A stretch of 64,000 bases of DNA from an uncultured Acidobacteriota bacterium (GTDB lineage Bacteria > Acidobacteriota > JAQAZP01), in contig CAWIIB010000001.1 of NCBI GenBank assembly GCA_963836075.1, forward strand, positions 960,001 through 1,024,000. Reading direction: 5' to 3'. Each line of letters starts with the position of its first letter. The first letter of the stretch is position 1. The notes beneath the pieces were generated by a model. The model was not told the origin of the DNA, did no database searches, and was given only the letters and a program-made list of their open reading frames with translations. Position numbers and translations under genes: made by a program. This document shows, piece after piece, positions 37,671-47,591 of this stretch.

Positions 37671-39674
37671 TTAGTCACAGACAGTGGTGATGCCGCAGGT
37701 GGCGGTCTCAACCCAACCGGCCGGCGCATCGCCTGCCACGTCGCACGGGGTGCAGTCGGAGGCTTCCACGTCGAAGACCATGGTGCAGTTACAGGTGGTG
37801 GGGTAGGCCGGAATGACCTGGCCCCAGCCGAGGAACTGGGTGGCGCCGGCGGCGAGAACCATGTTCCCGGCGCGGATGTTGCTGCGATACACACCGTTGC
37901 ACAGGGTCACACCCACGCTGCCGCAGATCTGACGGAACGTGTCGGTGGTGTTGGTGACATAGACGCGGATCTTGGTGTTCGTGGGCAGCACCAGCGGGTC
38001 CGGGTCGCAGAGCATGGTCACGTCGAAGGTGTCGACGGGAACGGCCGGGGTCACAACCACGTCGAGGGAGAACTCGCCCTGGCCGGTAGACCAGGCATCA
38101 CAGACGATGTAGAAGGTGCCGCCACAGTCGAAGGTGTGGGTGATGTACTCGGGATCACCGGTAAAGCCGGCATCGGCGCCGGCCACACAGGTGCCGACGA
38201 TGTCGCCGCAGTCACCAACAACGTAGAAGCTGGGGTCATACGAGTCGATGGGCGTGTAGACCAGGTCCACGGTGTCGCCGTCGTTGACGGTGATCATGTA
38301 GGCAGCGTCCGGGGCCGCGGAGGCATAGGGGATGCAGCCGTTGCCATCGTAGTCGTTGGCGGCACAGACGGTGGTGCCGTAGAAGAGGCCGCCGCCGGTC
38401 ACGTCGATCGCGGTGTCGCAGGTGTCGTTGGCCACGGGACCGGTTACGGCCACGTCGAGCTGGTATTCGCCGGAACCGCCGCCATAGAAGTCGCAGAAAA
38501 TGTAAAGGTCGCCTTCCTCACCTGGGGCAATCGTGTAGCAAAAGCTCTCGGCGTCGCCGCCCAGGCCTTCGTCTGCGCCGGCAATGGCGGTCACCGAACC
38601 GTCGGTGCAGTCCATGGCGAGGGCCACGGCCGGGTCCTGGCCTTCCAGCGGCGTCATGGTGACGCAAATCTCGCTGCCGGCGCAGGGCACGTTCACGACA
38701 TAGACGTGATCGTTTCCAGTCAGGGTCCAGGCCCACAGATTGTAGCTGGTGAAGGCGTCTGTGCAGTCAGTGGTGCTGGCGGTAAAGCTACCCGGGCCGA
38801 TCATCTCGGCATCGGCACAGGTGTCGGGGCCGTAGCAGCCGGCTGCTTCCTTGAAGGTGAAGCAGATGTCGTTCCAGGTGGCATCAGGCTCACCGGCGGG
38901 AGAATCATCAAAGGATTCATAGAAGTCGAAGGTCCAAACACCGGCCGGGTCACCGGCAACGGCGAAGACCGGGGTGGTCCCGATGAACTGGGCGCCGGGA
39001 GAGTAAGCGGTGCCGGTGCCGAGTTGGATGGTGGCACTGCCCAGCGGACCGGAAATGTCCAATCTCAGCTCGGAACCGTAAGTGCCGGAGGAAATCGTTT
39101 CGGCAAAGCCGTCCCAGTCGATGTCGCCGAGGGTGTATCCCCCGGTCAGGGTGGCGGTGTAGCTGGCGATGCCGGCCGCCGACTGGCTGTCCGCGACAAA
39201 ACAAACCTCTTCACTGGCCGGACCGCCGCCAGTCACCTGAAGGTCGTAGGAACCGCAGCTGCTGCCGTACCCGGCCACCACGATGTAGTACGTGTTGCCG
39301 CCCGTGAGCTCGAGGCCGAAGATGGCCGAAGTGTAGTTGGGATAATAGTCGTCATCACAACCCACAACCACAGCGTCGCTGTTTTCGTAGACAAAAACCT
39401 TGGTGTCGTAGAGCGAGGCGCCCAGGTCGATGTCGATGATCTCGTTTCCAGCGGGTGCATAGGCGTAGACCACGTCCGCGGCGGTCGAGCTGTACGGACA
39501 GGTGAAGACGCCGACTTCGTCGTAGTCGTTGAGGAATGCACAAGTGTCACCGGTGTCCGAGAAGGGAAGCCCCGGAATGGCCACTGCAGTCGCGATATCT
39601 TCGCCACCGACGGCAAAAGCCATACTCGAGAGGGCCAGCATGATCATGCAAAGACAAGCAAAAACCTTACTCAT
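37671..39674 (-). CDS. Secreted acidic Cys-rich multi-domain protein (PPC-like beta-sandwich repeats) with ~120-aa C-terminal domain
   Basis: Signal peptide (..AFA|V). Repeated (N/P)DTC..A..(G/A)xTxxxxxxY..D..Y..YI..D..GxYxLxV modules. RBS ggag. Confidence 0.85.
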   Translation of the reverse strand: MSKVFACLCMIMLALSSMAFAVGGEDIATAVAIPGLPFSDTGDTCAFLNDYDEVGVFTCPYSSTAADVVYAYAPAGNEIIDIDLGASLYDTKVFVYENSDAVVVGCDDDYYPNYTSAIFGLELTGGNTYYIVVAGYGSSCGSYDLQVTGGGPASEEVCFVADSQSAAGIASYTATLTGGYTLGDIDWDGFAETISSGTYGSELRLDISGPLGSATIQLGTGTAYSPGAQFIGTTPVFAVAGDPAGVWTFDFYESFDDSPAGEPDATWNDICFTFKEAAGCYGPDTCADAEMIGPGSFTASTTDCTDAFTSYNLWAWTLTGNDHVYVVNVPCAGSEICVTMTPLEGQDPAVALAMDCTDGSVTAIAGADEGLGGDAESFCYTIAPGEEGDLYIFCDFYGGGSGEYQLDVAVTGPVANDTCDTAIDVTGGGLFYGTTVCAANDYDGNGCIPYASAAPDAAYMITVNDGDTVDLVYTPIDSYDPSFYVVGDCGDIVGTCVAGADAGFTGDPEYITHTFDCGGTFYIVCDAWSTGQGEFSLDVVVTPAVPVDTFDVTMLCDPDPLVLPTNTKIRVYVTNTTDTFRQICGSVGVTLCNGVYRSNIRAGNMVLAAGATQFLGWGQVIPAYPTTCNCTMVFDVEASDCTPCDVAGDAPAGWVETATCGITTVCD

Positions 39675-40121
39675 TGCTTACTCCTTGAAACATTGGGAAA
39701 ACTGATTGAAACAGGAACCGAATATGGAACAGGATACATACGCCGCGAGCATGGTGAAGAACGGTGTTCCGTCGCTGAACCAGCGCCGTTTTCACTCCGC
39801 GTAATGCTCAACCTCCTTTTCCTGACCCGCGGACGGAGTGTTGAAGGAAACTCACACAACAAAACAAAGAGACGTAAACGATACGAAACCGCGGCATCAG
39901 CCGCGGCCGATGTATCCGAATATTGGAAACTGTCCGCCGATTTCTCGACGACGCCTGTGCCCGGGGATACTGCTTGCCGAGAGTTCGAACAGGGGCGCGT
40001 GGCCGGTGAGCGTACCGCTTTGCTCCGCGTGCGGGGGTACTGCTGGACTGTTCAACTGGGCAGCAACTACTCTCCCAGATTCGCCCGCCGACACAATTCA
40101 GCGGGAAGTCACCCAGATAAT

Positions 40122-40137
40122 AGCAAGTTTCATACCA
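40122..40137 (-). promoter_or_regulatory. Sigma54 (-24/-12) promoter
   Basis: Reverse complement TGGTATG-AAAC-TTGCT. AT-rich IHF-like segment at ~40173-40198. Confidence 0.55.
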
Positions 40138-40422
40138 TATTCGTGGATATTTGCGAAACTGTTTTCCCATGGTTAAGCCAATGATTCTAAACAGCTTAAA
40201 GCCGTCACCATCGTATCGTCCAAATTGTTGATCATTTTTTTCGGGCTATCGGAAAAATAATGCAAAGAGTGTGAAATAAAGTGCTCACTCCTCAATTGTC
40301 ATGCTCCACAGTCCGCGGACCCGGAATCACCATCCCCCACAGGCCTGCCTTGCAGCCAAACCGCCCTTGGGCTATGATTTCTTCTTTCCGGTCACTGCCC
40401 CCAGACCCCGCGGAGCCAACCG

Positions 40423-40902
40423 ATGAACCAGGAAATCTACTGGCAGACCAGGACGGTCACCCTGCTGGAGACCGAGATCGACGACATGACCGGCGAACTG
40501 CTGGGGCACGTGCTGGAAGAGGCCCTGCGCCTTGGCGCCCTGGACCTTCACTACACCGCGGTGCAGATGAAGAAGAACCGGCCCGGCGTCCGGCTCACCC
40601 TGCTCTGCCAGGAACCCGACCAGGACCGCTTTATCGATTTCATCTTCCGGCAGACCACCAGCCTCGGGGTGCGTGTCCGGACGGTGCAGCGGGCGGAACT
40701 GGATCGTGATTCGATCACCGTCCAGCGTTCGGGCCGCAGCTTCGCGATCAAGAGGGGCCTGGGCCCCGGAGGCGAACTGCTCAACGAAGCCCCGGAATTC
40801 GAGGATCTGAAGACGATCTCCCGGGACGAGGGCGGACCGCTGAAGAGACTGTTTCAATGGTGGCACGGCCGGGACCGGGAGGAGGCGCGGGAAGATGAGT
40901 GA
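40423..40902 (+). CDS. LarC C-terminal domain-only protein (nickel insertion protein family)
   Basis: LLETEIDDMTGE, GALD..MKKNRPG, QTTSLGVR, PEFEDL. Confidence 0.8.
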   Translation: MNQEIYWQTRTVTLLETEIDDMTGELLGHVLEEALRLGALDLHYTAVQMKKNRPGVRLTLLCQEPDQDRFIDFIFRQTTSLGVRVRTVQRAELDRDSITVQRSGRSFAIKRGLGPGGELLNEAPEFEDLKTISRDEGGPLKRLFQWWHGRDREEAREDE

Positions 40903-42361
40903 GCAGACGGGATACAGCACGGCCTACAGCAACCCACTGGTGGAACGCTACTGCTCGCAGGAGATGAGCCGCATCTTCTCCCCGCACTTCAAGTTCAGCA
41001 CCTGGCGCCGGCTCTGGCTGGCCCTGGCCGAAGCGCAGCACGAGCTGGGGCTCGCGGTCACCTCCGAGCAGGTGGCGGAACTCCGCGCCAGCCTCGAAAA
41101 ACTCGACCCGGCCAGGGCGGCGCAGCTGGAGAAGGAGCTGCGCCACGACGTGATGGCCCAGTTGAAGACCTGGGCCGGCCAGTGCCCGGCCGCGGGAGGA
41201 ATCCTGCACCTCGGGGCCACCAGCGCCTACGTGGGCGACAACACCGAGGCGATCCAGCTCTACGAAGGCCTGCGGCTCACCGAACAGCGGATTCTCCCGG
41301 TGATCGCCGCCCTGCGCCAGTTCGCCGCGCGCACCGCCAGCATTCCCACCCTCGGGTTCACCCACTTCCAGCCGGCCCAGCCCACCACGGTGGGCAAGAG
41401 GGCCTGCCTCTGGCTGCAGGACCTGCTCCTCGATCTGGAGGAGCTCCGCTTCGCCCTCTGCACCGTCAAGCTGCGCGGTGTCAAAGGCACCACCGGCACC
41501 CAGGCCAGCTTCCTGGCCCTCTTTGACGGTGATCACCAGAAGGTGGAGCGCCTTGAGCAACTGGTGGCGGAAAAGATGGGGTTCGCCGACAACGGCTGTT
41601 TCGCCGTTACCGGACAGACCTACCCGCGCAAGCAGGACAGCCGGGTGCTGGGCTCCCTGTCCGCCGTGGCCCAGTCGGCGTCGAAGTTCTCCCACGACAT
41701 GCGGCTGCTGCAGCACCTGGGCGAAGTGCTCGAGCCGTTCGGCTCGAAACAGGTGGGTTCCTCGGCCATGGCCTACAAAAGAAACCCGATGCGCGCCGAG
41801 CGGATCTCCTCGCTGGCCCGGCTGCTGATCACCGCCGCGGTCAACCCCCAGCTCACCGCCGCCACCCAGTGGCTGGAGCGGACCCTCGACGACTCGGCCA
41901 ACCGCCGGGTCTGCATCCCCGAAGCCTTCCTCACCGCCGACGCCCTGCTGCTGCTCTACGGCAGCATGGTCCCCGGGCTGCAGGTCAACGAGAAGGTGAT
42001 CCGCCGCCGTCTGGAACAGGAGCTGCCCTTCCTGGCCACCGAACAGATCCTGATGCAGCTGGTGGCCGCCGGCGGCGACCGCCAGGCGGGCCACGAGCAG
42101 ATCCGCCTCCACTCCATGGAAGTGCACCGGCGACTGCAGGCCGGGGAGAGCAACCGCAACGACCTGCTGGAACGCCTGGCCTCGGACACGGTCTTCAGCC
42201 CCCTGCGTCACAAGTTCCCCACCCTCTCCGACCCGCTGCAGTTCGTGGGTCGGGCGCCCCAACAGGTGGAACGGTTCCTGGCCGAAGAGGTGGACCCGCT
42301 GCTCGCCGGCCAGTCCGCCGACGATCTCTGCGGTCCGGGCGACGACCAGATCCGGGTCTGA
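40895..42361 (+). CDS. purB: Adenylosuccinate lyase
   Basis: NPLVERY, LRHDVMA, HLGATS, GFTHFQPAQ, GSSAMAYKRNP, QWLERTLDDSANRR. Confidence 0.96.
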   Translation: MSEQTGYSTAYSNPLVERYCSQEMSRIFSPHFKFSTWRRLWLALAEAQHELGLAVTSEQVAELRASLEKLDPARAAQLEKELRHDVMAQLKTWAGQCPAAGGILHLGATSAYVGDNTEAIQLYEGLRLTEQRILPVIAALRQFAARTASIPTLGFTHFQPAQPTTVGKRACLWLQDLLLDLEELRFALCTVKLRGVKGTTGTQASFLALFDGDHQKVERLEQLVAEKMGFADNGCFAVTGQTYPRKQDSRVLGSLSAVAQSASKFSHDMRLLQHLGEVLEPFGSKQVGSSAMAYKRNPMRAERISSLARLLITAAVNPQLTAATQWLERTLDDSANRRVCIPEAFLTADALLLLYGSMVPGLQVNEKVIRRRLEQELPFLATEQILMQLVAAGGDRQAGHEQIRLHSMEVHRRLQAGESNRNDLLERLASDTVFSPLRHKFPTLSDPLQFVGRAPQQVERFLAEEVDPLLAGQSADDLCGPGDDQIRV

Positions 42362-42540
42362 GCCCATATGCAAAAATTTCCCCCGTTGCACCGCTTTTTG
42401 GTGCTCCCTGTCAAAAAATCCTTGTTTAACCCGCCATTCAGGTCAAGAAAGTCCAACCGCAGGCCGATATTGAAAGTGAACGAAAGCATCCGGCCGGACC
42501 AGGAGGATTCACTCCGGGCGGCCTGCGGGGGAATAGCGAG

Positions 42541-43845
42541 ATGGATCACAGCCAGCCGTTCACCGATGAAAGCGCTCCGGAAACCACGCTGGAGGGTAAC
42601 CGCCCGGAGTTTATCCCGTCAGCACCGGGTGAGCAGGAGACCACCGACCAGAAGCGCGACCTCAAGGAACGCTACTTCCTGACCCGCAAGGAACTGCGGG
42701 AAAGCCAGCGTCTCCTGGCCCTGCGCGAGGAGGAGCTGAAAAAGCTCCGGCTCAATCAAAGACGCGAGGTGGAGCAGTCCCACGAGCACGAAAACATGCG
42801 GGCCTCCCTGGACCGGCTGCAGTCCCGGGTGGAGGAACTGCAGCGGCAGCTGACCGAATCCCGGAACCAGCTGCGGCAGGCCCGGACCGAAGCAGCGGAA
42901 AAATCGGCGCTGGCCCCGATTCTGGAAAAAGAGACCTCCGAGGTGCGGGAGCAGCTGGAGGTGAGCGAGAACCGGATCAAGGAACTCTCCGACCTTCTGG
43001 AGCAGCGGGAGCGGGAGCTGCAGGAAAAAAACGGCAGCCTCCACGATGTGCACGGGATCCAGGACCGCCTGGACCAGCGGGAGCGGGACCTCCTGGAACG
43101 GGAGGAGGAGCTTCACGAGACCCGGGAGCAGTTGGGTTCGGTGAGGGAGGAGGCGGAAGCCGCCCGGCGCATCGCAGAAAACCTGACCGCTGAACGGGTC
43201 GACATGGCCGCCCGCCTGGAGCAGGCCGAATCATCGCTGCGCGGCACCGCAGAGACCATCTCCATGCTCCAGGAAAAACTGATGGAATCGGGCGAGGAGC
43301 TGATCAAGCAGGAGGAGTCGGTCCGGGACTACCGCTACCTGATGGAAACGCTGAAGCGTGAAAAAGCGGATCAGGAAGCGACATACACCCGGGCGGTGAG
43401 CGAGTTGGAAACACGCCTCGAAGCCTCGAACAAGAAGTGCCAGGAGTTGCTGGAGACCTCCACAGCCCAGCTGCAGGAAATAGAATCCCAGCAGAATCGT
43501 ATCGCCTCGCTGGAGCAGACCCAGGCCCGGGAGATCGACAAGCTGAAAATGGCCCAGGCCAGCGAACTGGGTGAGATGCGGGATTCGGTGCACCGCCTGG
43601 AAACCGATCTGGAGGCGGCCCGGGTACGCACCGGTCACCTGCAGTCGGAAGCGGACGAACTGCGGGCGGAGGTACCTCGTCTGACGGTGCGGCTGGAAGA
43701 ACGGGACCGGGTGGTGGCCGAGACCAGAAGTCTGCTGCTGGACGCCATGTCCCGGCTGGATAGCCTGGATCGACCGCCGGACCTCGATCCGGGCCAGCAG
43801 CAATCGCCGGAGCACGCCGCCGGAGAATTGTGGCCCACCGGTTAG
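42541..43845 (+). CDS. Long coiled-coil protein of unknown function
   Basis: ~370 aa of continuous E/R/L/Q-rich heptads with short Pro-rich termini. No ATPase, TM or signal motifs. Confidence 0.75.
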   Translation: MDHSQPFTDESAPETTLEGNRPEFIPSAPGEQETTDQKRDLKERYFLTRKELRESQRLLALREEELKKLRLNQRREVEQSHEHENMRASLDRLQSRVEELQRQLTESRNQLRQARTEAAEKSALAPILEKETSEVREQLEVSENRIKELSDLLEQRERELQEKNGSLHDVHGIQDRLDQRERDLLEREEELHETREQLGSVREEAEAARRIAENLTAERVDMAARLEQAESSLRGTAETISMLQEKLMESGEELIKQEESVRDYRYLMETLKREKADQEATYTRAVSELETRLEASNKKCQELLETSTAQLQEIESQQNRIASLEQTQAREIDKLKMAQASELGEMRDSVHRLETDLEAARVRTGHLQSEADELRAEVPRLTVRLEERDRVVAETRSLLLDAMSRLDSLDRPPDLDPGQQQSPEHAAGELWPTG

Positions 43846-43852
43846 TCCGTCC

Positions 43853-45655
43853 TCACGACCGGCGGGTCATCAATCCTGCCTGCCGGTACTGCAGCTGGTG
43901 CAGCCGGAAGTAGATCCCTTTCCGCTCCAGCAGGGAGGCGTGATCGCCGGTCTCCCGCACCCTGCCCCGATGCATGACGATAATCCGGTCCGCGGTCTGG
44001 ATGGTTGAAATCCGGTGGGCGATGATGATCGACGTGCGGCCCCGCAGCAGCACCTCAAGGGCTTTTTGAATCCGCAGTTCCGTTTCCGTGTCGACGCTGG
44101 AGGTGGCCTCGTCGAGCACCAGGATCCGGGGGTCGTAGGCCAGGGCGCGGGCAAAGGAGAGCAGTTGCCGCTGGCCGGTGGAAAGGGTGGCGCCGCGCTC
44201 CACCACCAGGGCCTCGTACCCCCCGGGCAGCCGGGTTATGAAATCGTGAACCCCGACGCTTTTCGCCGCCCGGACCAGGTCTTCGTGCCTGATCCGCTCG
44301 TCCCACAGGCTGATGTTCGACGCCACGTCCCCGGCAAAGAGAAACACGTCCTGCTGCACCACGCCCACCAGGCGGCGCAGCTGGTCCAGCTTCATCCGCC
44401 GCACATCGATGCCGTCGATGGTGATCCGCCCCGATTGCACGTCATAGAACCTGGCCAGCAGGCTGATCAGGGTGGTCTTCCCCGCCCCGGTAGCCCCCAC
44501 CACCGCCACCCGCTGGCCCCGCTTGACTTCGAGGGAGACATCCGTGAGCACCGGCTGCCCCTCCTCGTAATGAAAACTCACCGATTCGAAGCGGACGGCG
44601 TCCCGGAAGCCGTCCAGGGTGTCCGGGGATGACGGCTCCACGATCCGCTCCCTGGTATCCAGCAGGTTGAAGATCCTTTCCGAGGATGCCATGGCCGTCT
44701 GCATGATGTTGTACTTCTCGCTGAGGTCCCGGATGGGCCGGAAAAACTTGTTCGCCGCCAGCAGGAAGGCGAACAGCTCGCCGAAGGTGAACCGGCCGGC
44801 AATGGCTTCCAGACCGCCATACCAGACGATGAGGGCGATGGCCAGCGAGTTGACCACTTCGATGGAGGGGAAGAAGATCGAGTAGTAGAGTACCGACTTG
44901 AGGTTGGACTCGGTGTGCTCCTGGTTTATCTGCTGGAAGTGTTCCAGGTTCCGGCGCTCCCGGCGAAAGAGCTGCACCACCCGCATGCCGGACAGGTTCT
45001 CCTGCACGTAGGCGTTGATCCGGGCCAGCCGGATCCTGATCATGCGGTAGGCCTCGCGGACCTTGCGCTTGAAGAGGAACGAGATGTAGAAGAGTATCGG
45101 CAAGATGGAAAACGTGATCAGGGCCAGCTGCCAGTTGAGGTAGAGCAGGTAACCCATGATGGCGATGATCAGTGTGATGTCACTCACCGCAACCACCAGG
45201 CCGGAGGTGAACATCTCGTTGAGCACCTGGACATCGTTGGTCACCCGGGTCATCAGCCGGCCCACCGGGTTGCGGTCGAAAAAGGCCGGTGAGAAGGTCT
45301 GCAGCCGGGAGAAGACCTCCAGCCGCAGGGTGAAGATGACCCGCTGCCCGGTCAGGCTGGTGAGGTAGATGAAGGCGAAGCGGGCAAAGAAGGAGAGCAG
45401 GAGCAGCAGGGCGTAGATCAGCGCGATGCGGTTCAGCGCCCGCAGGCTGCCCAGGGCGACACAGTCATCGATGGCCTGGCGTCCGAGGTCGATGGTCAGC
45501 ACTTCGAACCAGGTGAGCAGAAACTGCAGCGCCACCGTGATCAGCACCAGGTGGAGGCTGGGCCGCAGGTAGGCCAGCAGCCGCTTCATCAACCGGCCGT
45601 CGAAAGCCTTGCCCAGGAGTTCCTCCTCGTGATACCGCTGTGCCGCGTCGGACAT
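43853..45655 (-). CDS. ABC exporter ATP-binding/permease subunit
   Basis: TM domain, GATGAGKTT, LSTGQRQ, LDEATS, IAHR. Confidence 0.95.
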   Translation of the reverse strand: MSDAAQRYHEEELLGKAFDGRLMKRLLAYLRPSLHLVLITVALQFLLTWFEVLTIDLGRQAIDDCVALGSLRALNRIALIYALLLLLSFFARFAFIYLTSLTGQRVIFTLRLEVFSRLQTFSPAFFDRNPVGRLMTRVTNDVQVLNEMFTSGLVVAVSDITLIIAIMGYLLYLNWQLALITFSILPILFYISFLFKRKVREAYRMIRIRLARINAYVQENLSGMRVVQLFRRERRNLEHFQQINQEHTESNLKSVLYYSIFFPSIEVVNSLAIALIVWYGGLEAIAGRFTFGELFAFLLAANKFFRPIRDLSEKYNIMQTAMASSERIFNLLDTRERIVEPSSPDTLDGFRDAVRFESVSFHYEEGQPVLTDVSLEVKRGQRVAVVGATGAGKTTLISLLARFYDVQSGRITIDGIDVRRMKLDQLRRLVGVVQQDVFLFAGDVASNISLWDERIRHEDLVRAAKSVGVHDFITRLPGGYEALVVERGATLSTGQRQLLSFARALAYDPRILVLDEATSSVDTETELRIQKALEVLLRGRTSIIIAHRISTIQTADRIIVMHRGRVRETGDHASLLERKGIYFRLHQLQYRQAGLMTRRS

Positions 45656-45663
45656 ATGGCTCC

Positions 45664-47469
45664 TCAGTCGCTGTGCTCGATCTCCGCCTGCAGCAGCTGC
45701 AGCCGGTACATTTCCGCGTAGACCCCGCCCCGGGCCATCAGTTCGTCGTGGGACCCGCTCTCCTCGATGCCGCCGTCCACCAGCACCACGATGCGGTCCG
45801 CGTCCTTGATGGTGGACAGCCGCTGGGCGATGATCAGGGTGGTGCGCCCCTTCATGAACCGGCGCAGCTGCTGGAGGATCTGCTCCTCGGTGTAGGTGTC
45901 CACGGCGGAGAGCGCATCGTCGAGGATCAGGACCGCCGGGTCCAGCAACACGGCCCGGGCCACCGCCACCCGCTGTTTCTGCCCCCCGGACAGCATCACC
46001 CCCCGCTCACCCACCATGGTCTGGTAGCCCTCGGGGAACCCGTCTACGTCGGTGGATATCTGCGAGACCTCCGCGGCCCGCCGGATGGCCTCCACGCTGC
46101 TCTCCGGGGCGCCGAAGGCGATGTTCGCCTCGATGGTGTCGGAGAAGAGAAACGAGTCCTGGGGCACGTGGCCCACCGCGGCCCGCAGTGTGGCCAGCGG
46201 GTACTGGTCCACCGGCCGGCCGTCCAGCAGCAGCGTGCCCTGATCCGCTTCGAACAGCCGGGGGATCAGGTTGGCCAGGGTGCTCTTGCCGCTGCCCACC
46301 GGCCCCACCACGGCCAGCGTGCTCCCGGCCGGAATCTGCAGGTCGATCCCCCGCAGCACCGGCGTCCCGTTGTAGGCAAAGTTGAGACCGTGAAATTCGA
46401 TCTCCCCGCGCAACCGCCCGTCCCGGGGCAGGTCCAGACCCTGGCTCCCGCTCTGCTGGGGCTCGCTCTCCAGGATCTCGTTGATCCGCGACATCGACGC
46501 CTTGCCCTGCTGGTACAGGCTGACCACCCAGCCCAGCGAAACCATGGGCCAGACCAGAATGCCCAGAATCACGTTGAACGCGATGAAGTCGCCATAGCCC
46601 AGTGAACCGGCCAGGATGCGGCGGCCGCCGTCCCAGAGCACCACCAGGTGGGACCCGATGACCAGTGAAAAAAGGACCGGCATGAACAGGCTCTGGATCC
46701 TGGCCAGGGAGAGGTTCACTTCCATGTTGCGCTGGATCAGGCCGCTGAACCGGGCGATCTCCGACGCTTCACGGCAGTAGGACTTCACCACCCGGATCCC
46801 GGAGAGATTTTCCTGGACCCGCTCGCTGACCATGGAGAAATGCCGCTGGACCCGCTCAGACCGGCGGTGGATTTCCCGGCTCAATATCCGGGTGGCCACG
46901 GCGATGAGGACCAGGGGGACAAAGGTGTAGAGCGTCAGCTGGGGGCTGACGGTGATCATGAAGGAGACGGCAATGACAAAGGTGACCAGAGTGCTGGTGA
47001 GATACATGCAACCGGGTCCCACCAGCATCCGCACGGCGTTAAGGTCATTGGTCATCCGGGCCATCAGGTCGCCGGTTTTCTCCGTCTGGTACCAGGATAA
47101 GGGGAGCCGCTGCAGGTGGGCGAAAATTTCGTTGCGCAGGTCCCGCTCGAAGCGGCGCGAGGCGCCGGTGATGGTGTAGCGCATCAGGAAGCGGAAGACC
47201 CCCTGGAGCAGGGTCACCGCCACGATGGCCGCGGCATAGACGGCCAGGATACGCGGCAGCGAACCGGCAGCGCCGGCCAGACGGATGAGCAGGTCAAAGG
47301 GAAAGGGGTGGTGCCCCCCGTCGTCCAGCGCATCCACGGCATACTTGATGATCAGCGGTACCGTGGGGTAGAGGGCGCTGGTCAGGACGACAAAGACCAG
47401 GCCGCTGAAGATGCTGCGGCGGTAAGCCGGATAGTATTTTTTCAGCCTGGCGAACGGTGACTGGCTCAT
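45664..47469 (-). CDS. ABC exporter ATP-binding/permease subunit (heterodimer partner)
   Basis: TM domain, GPVGSGKST, LSGGQKQR, LDDALS (degenerate Walker B), IAQR (degenerate H-loop). Pattern typical of heterodimeric exporters. Confidence 0.95.
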   Translation of the reverse strand: MSQSPFARLKKYYPAYRRSIFSGLVFVVLTSALYPTVPLIIKYAVDALDDGGHHPFPFDLLIRLAGAAGSLPRILAVYAAAIVAVTLLQGVFRFLMRYTITGASRRFERDLRNEIFAHLQRLPLSWYQTEKTGDLMARMTNDLNAVRMLVGPGCMYLTSTLVTFVIAVSFMITVSPQLTLYTFVPLVLIAVATRILSREIHRRSERVQRHFSMVSERVQENLSGIRVVKSYCREASEIARFSGLIQRNMEVNLSLARIQSLFMPVLFSLVIGSHLVVLWDGGRRILAGSLGYGDFIAFNVILGILVWPMVSLGWVVSLYQQGKASMSRINEILESEPQQSGSQGLDLPRDGRLRGEIEFHGLNFAYNGTPVLRGIDLQIPAGSTLAVVGPVGSGKSTLANLIPRLFEADQGTLLLDGRPVDQYPLATLRAAVGHVPQDSFLFSDTIEANIAFGAPESSVEAIRRAAEVSQISTDVDGFPEGYQTMVGERGVMLSGGQKQRVAVARAVLLDPAVLILDDALSAVDTYTEEQILQQLRRFMKGRTTLIIAQRLSTIKDADRIVVLVDGGIEESGSHDELMARGGVYAEMYRLQLLQAEIEHSD

Positions 47470-47513
47470 GTCCTTCCTTCGGTTCGTAAGGAGTATGAGT
47501 ATACCTCATCGCC

Positions 47514-47568
47514 TGTCATCACAAGCCCCCGACCCGTGGCAGCCACGGGTCGGGGGCTTGTGATGACA
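47514..47568. repeat. Perfect inverted repeat (27-bp arms, 1-nt spacer)
   Basis: tgtcatcacaagcccccgacccgtggc-a-gccacgggtcgggggcttgtgatgaca. Confidence 0.95.
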
Positions 47569-47591
47569 TTTTGGTTTATAATCCGGCTGCC

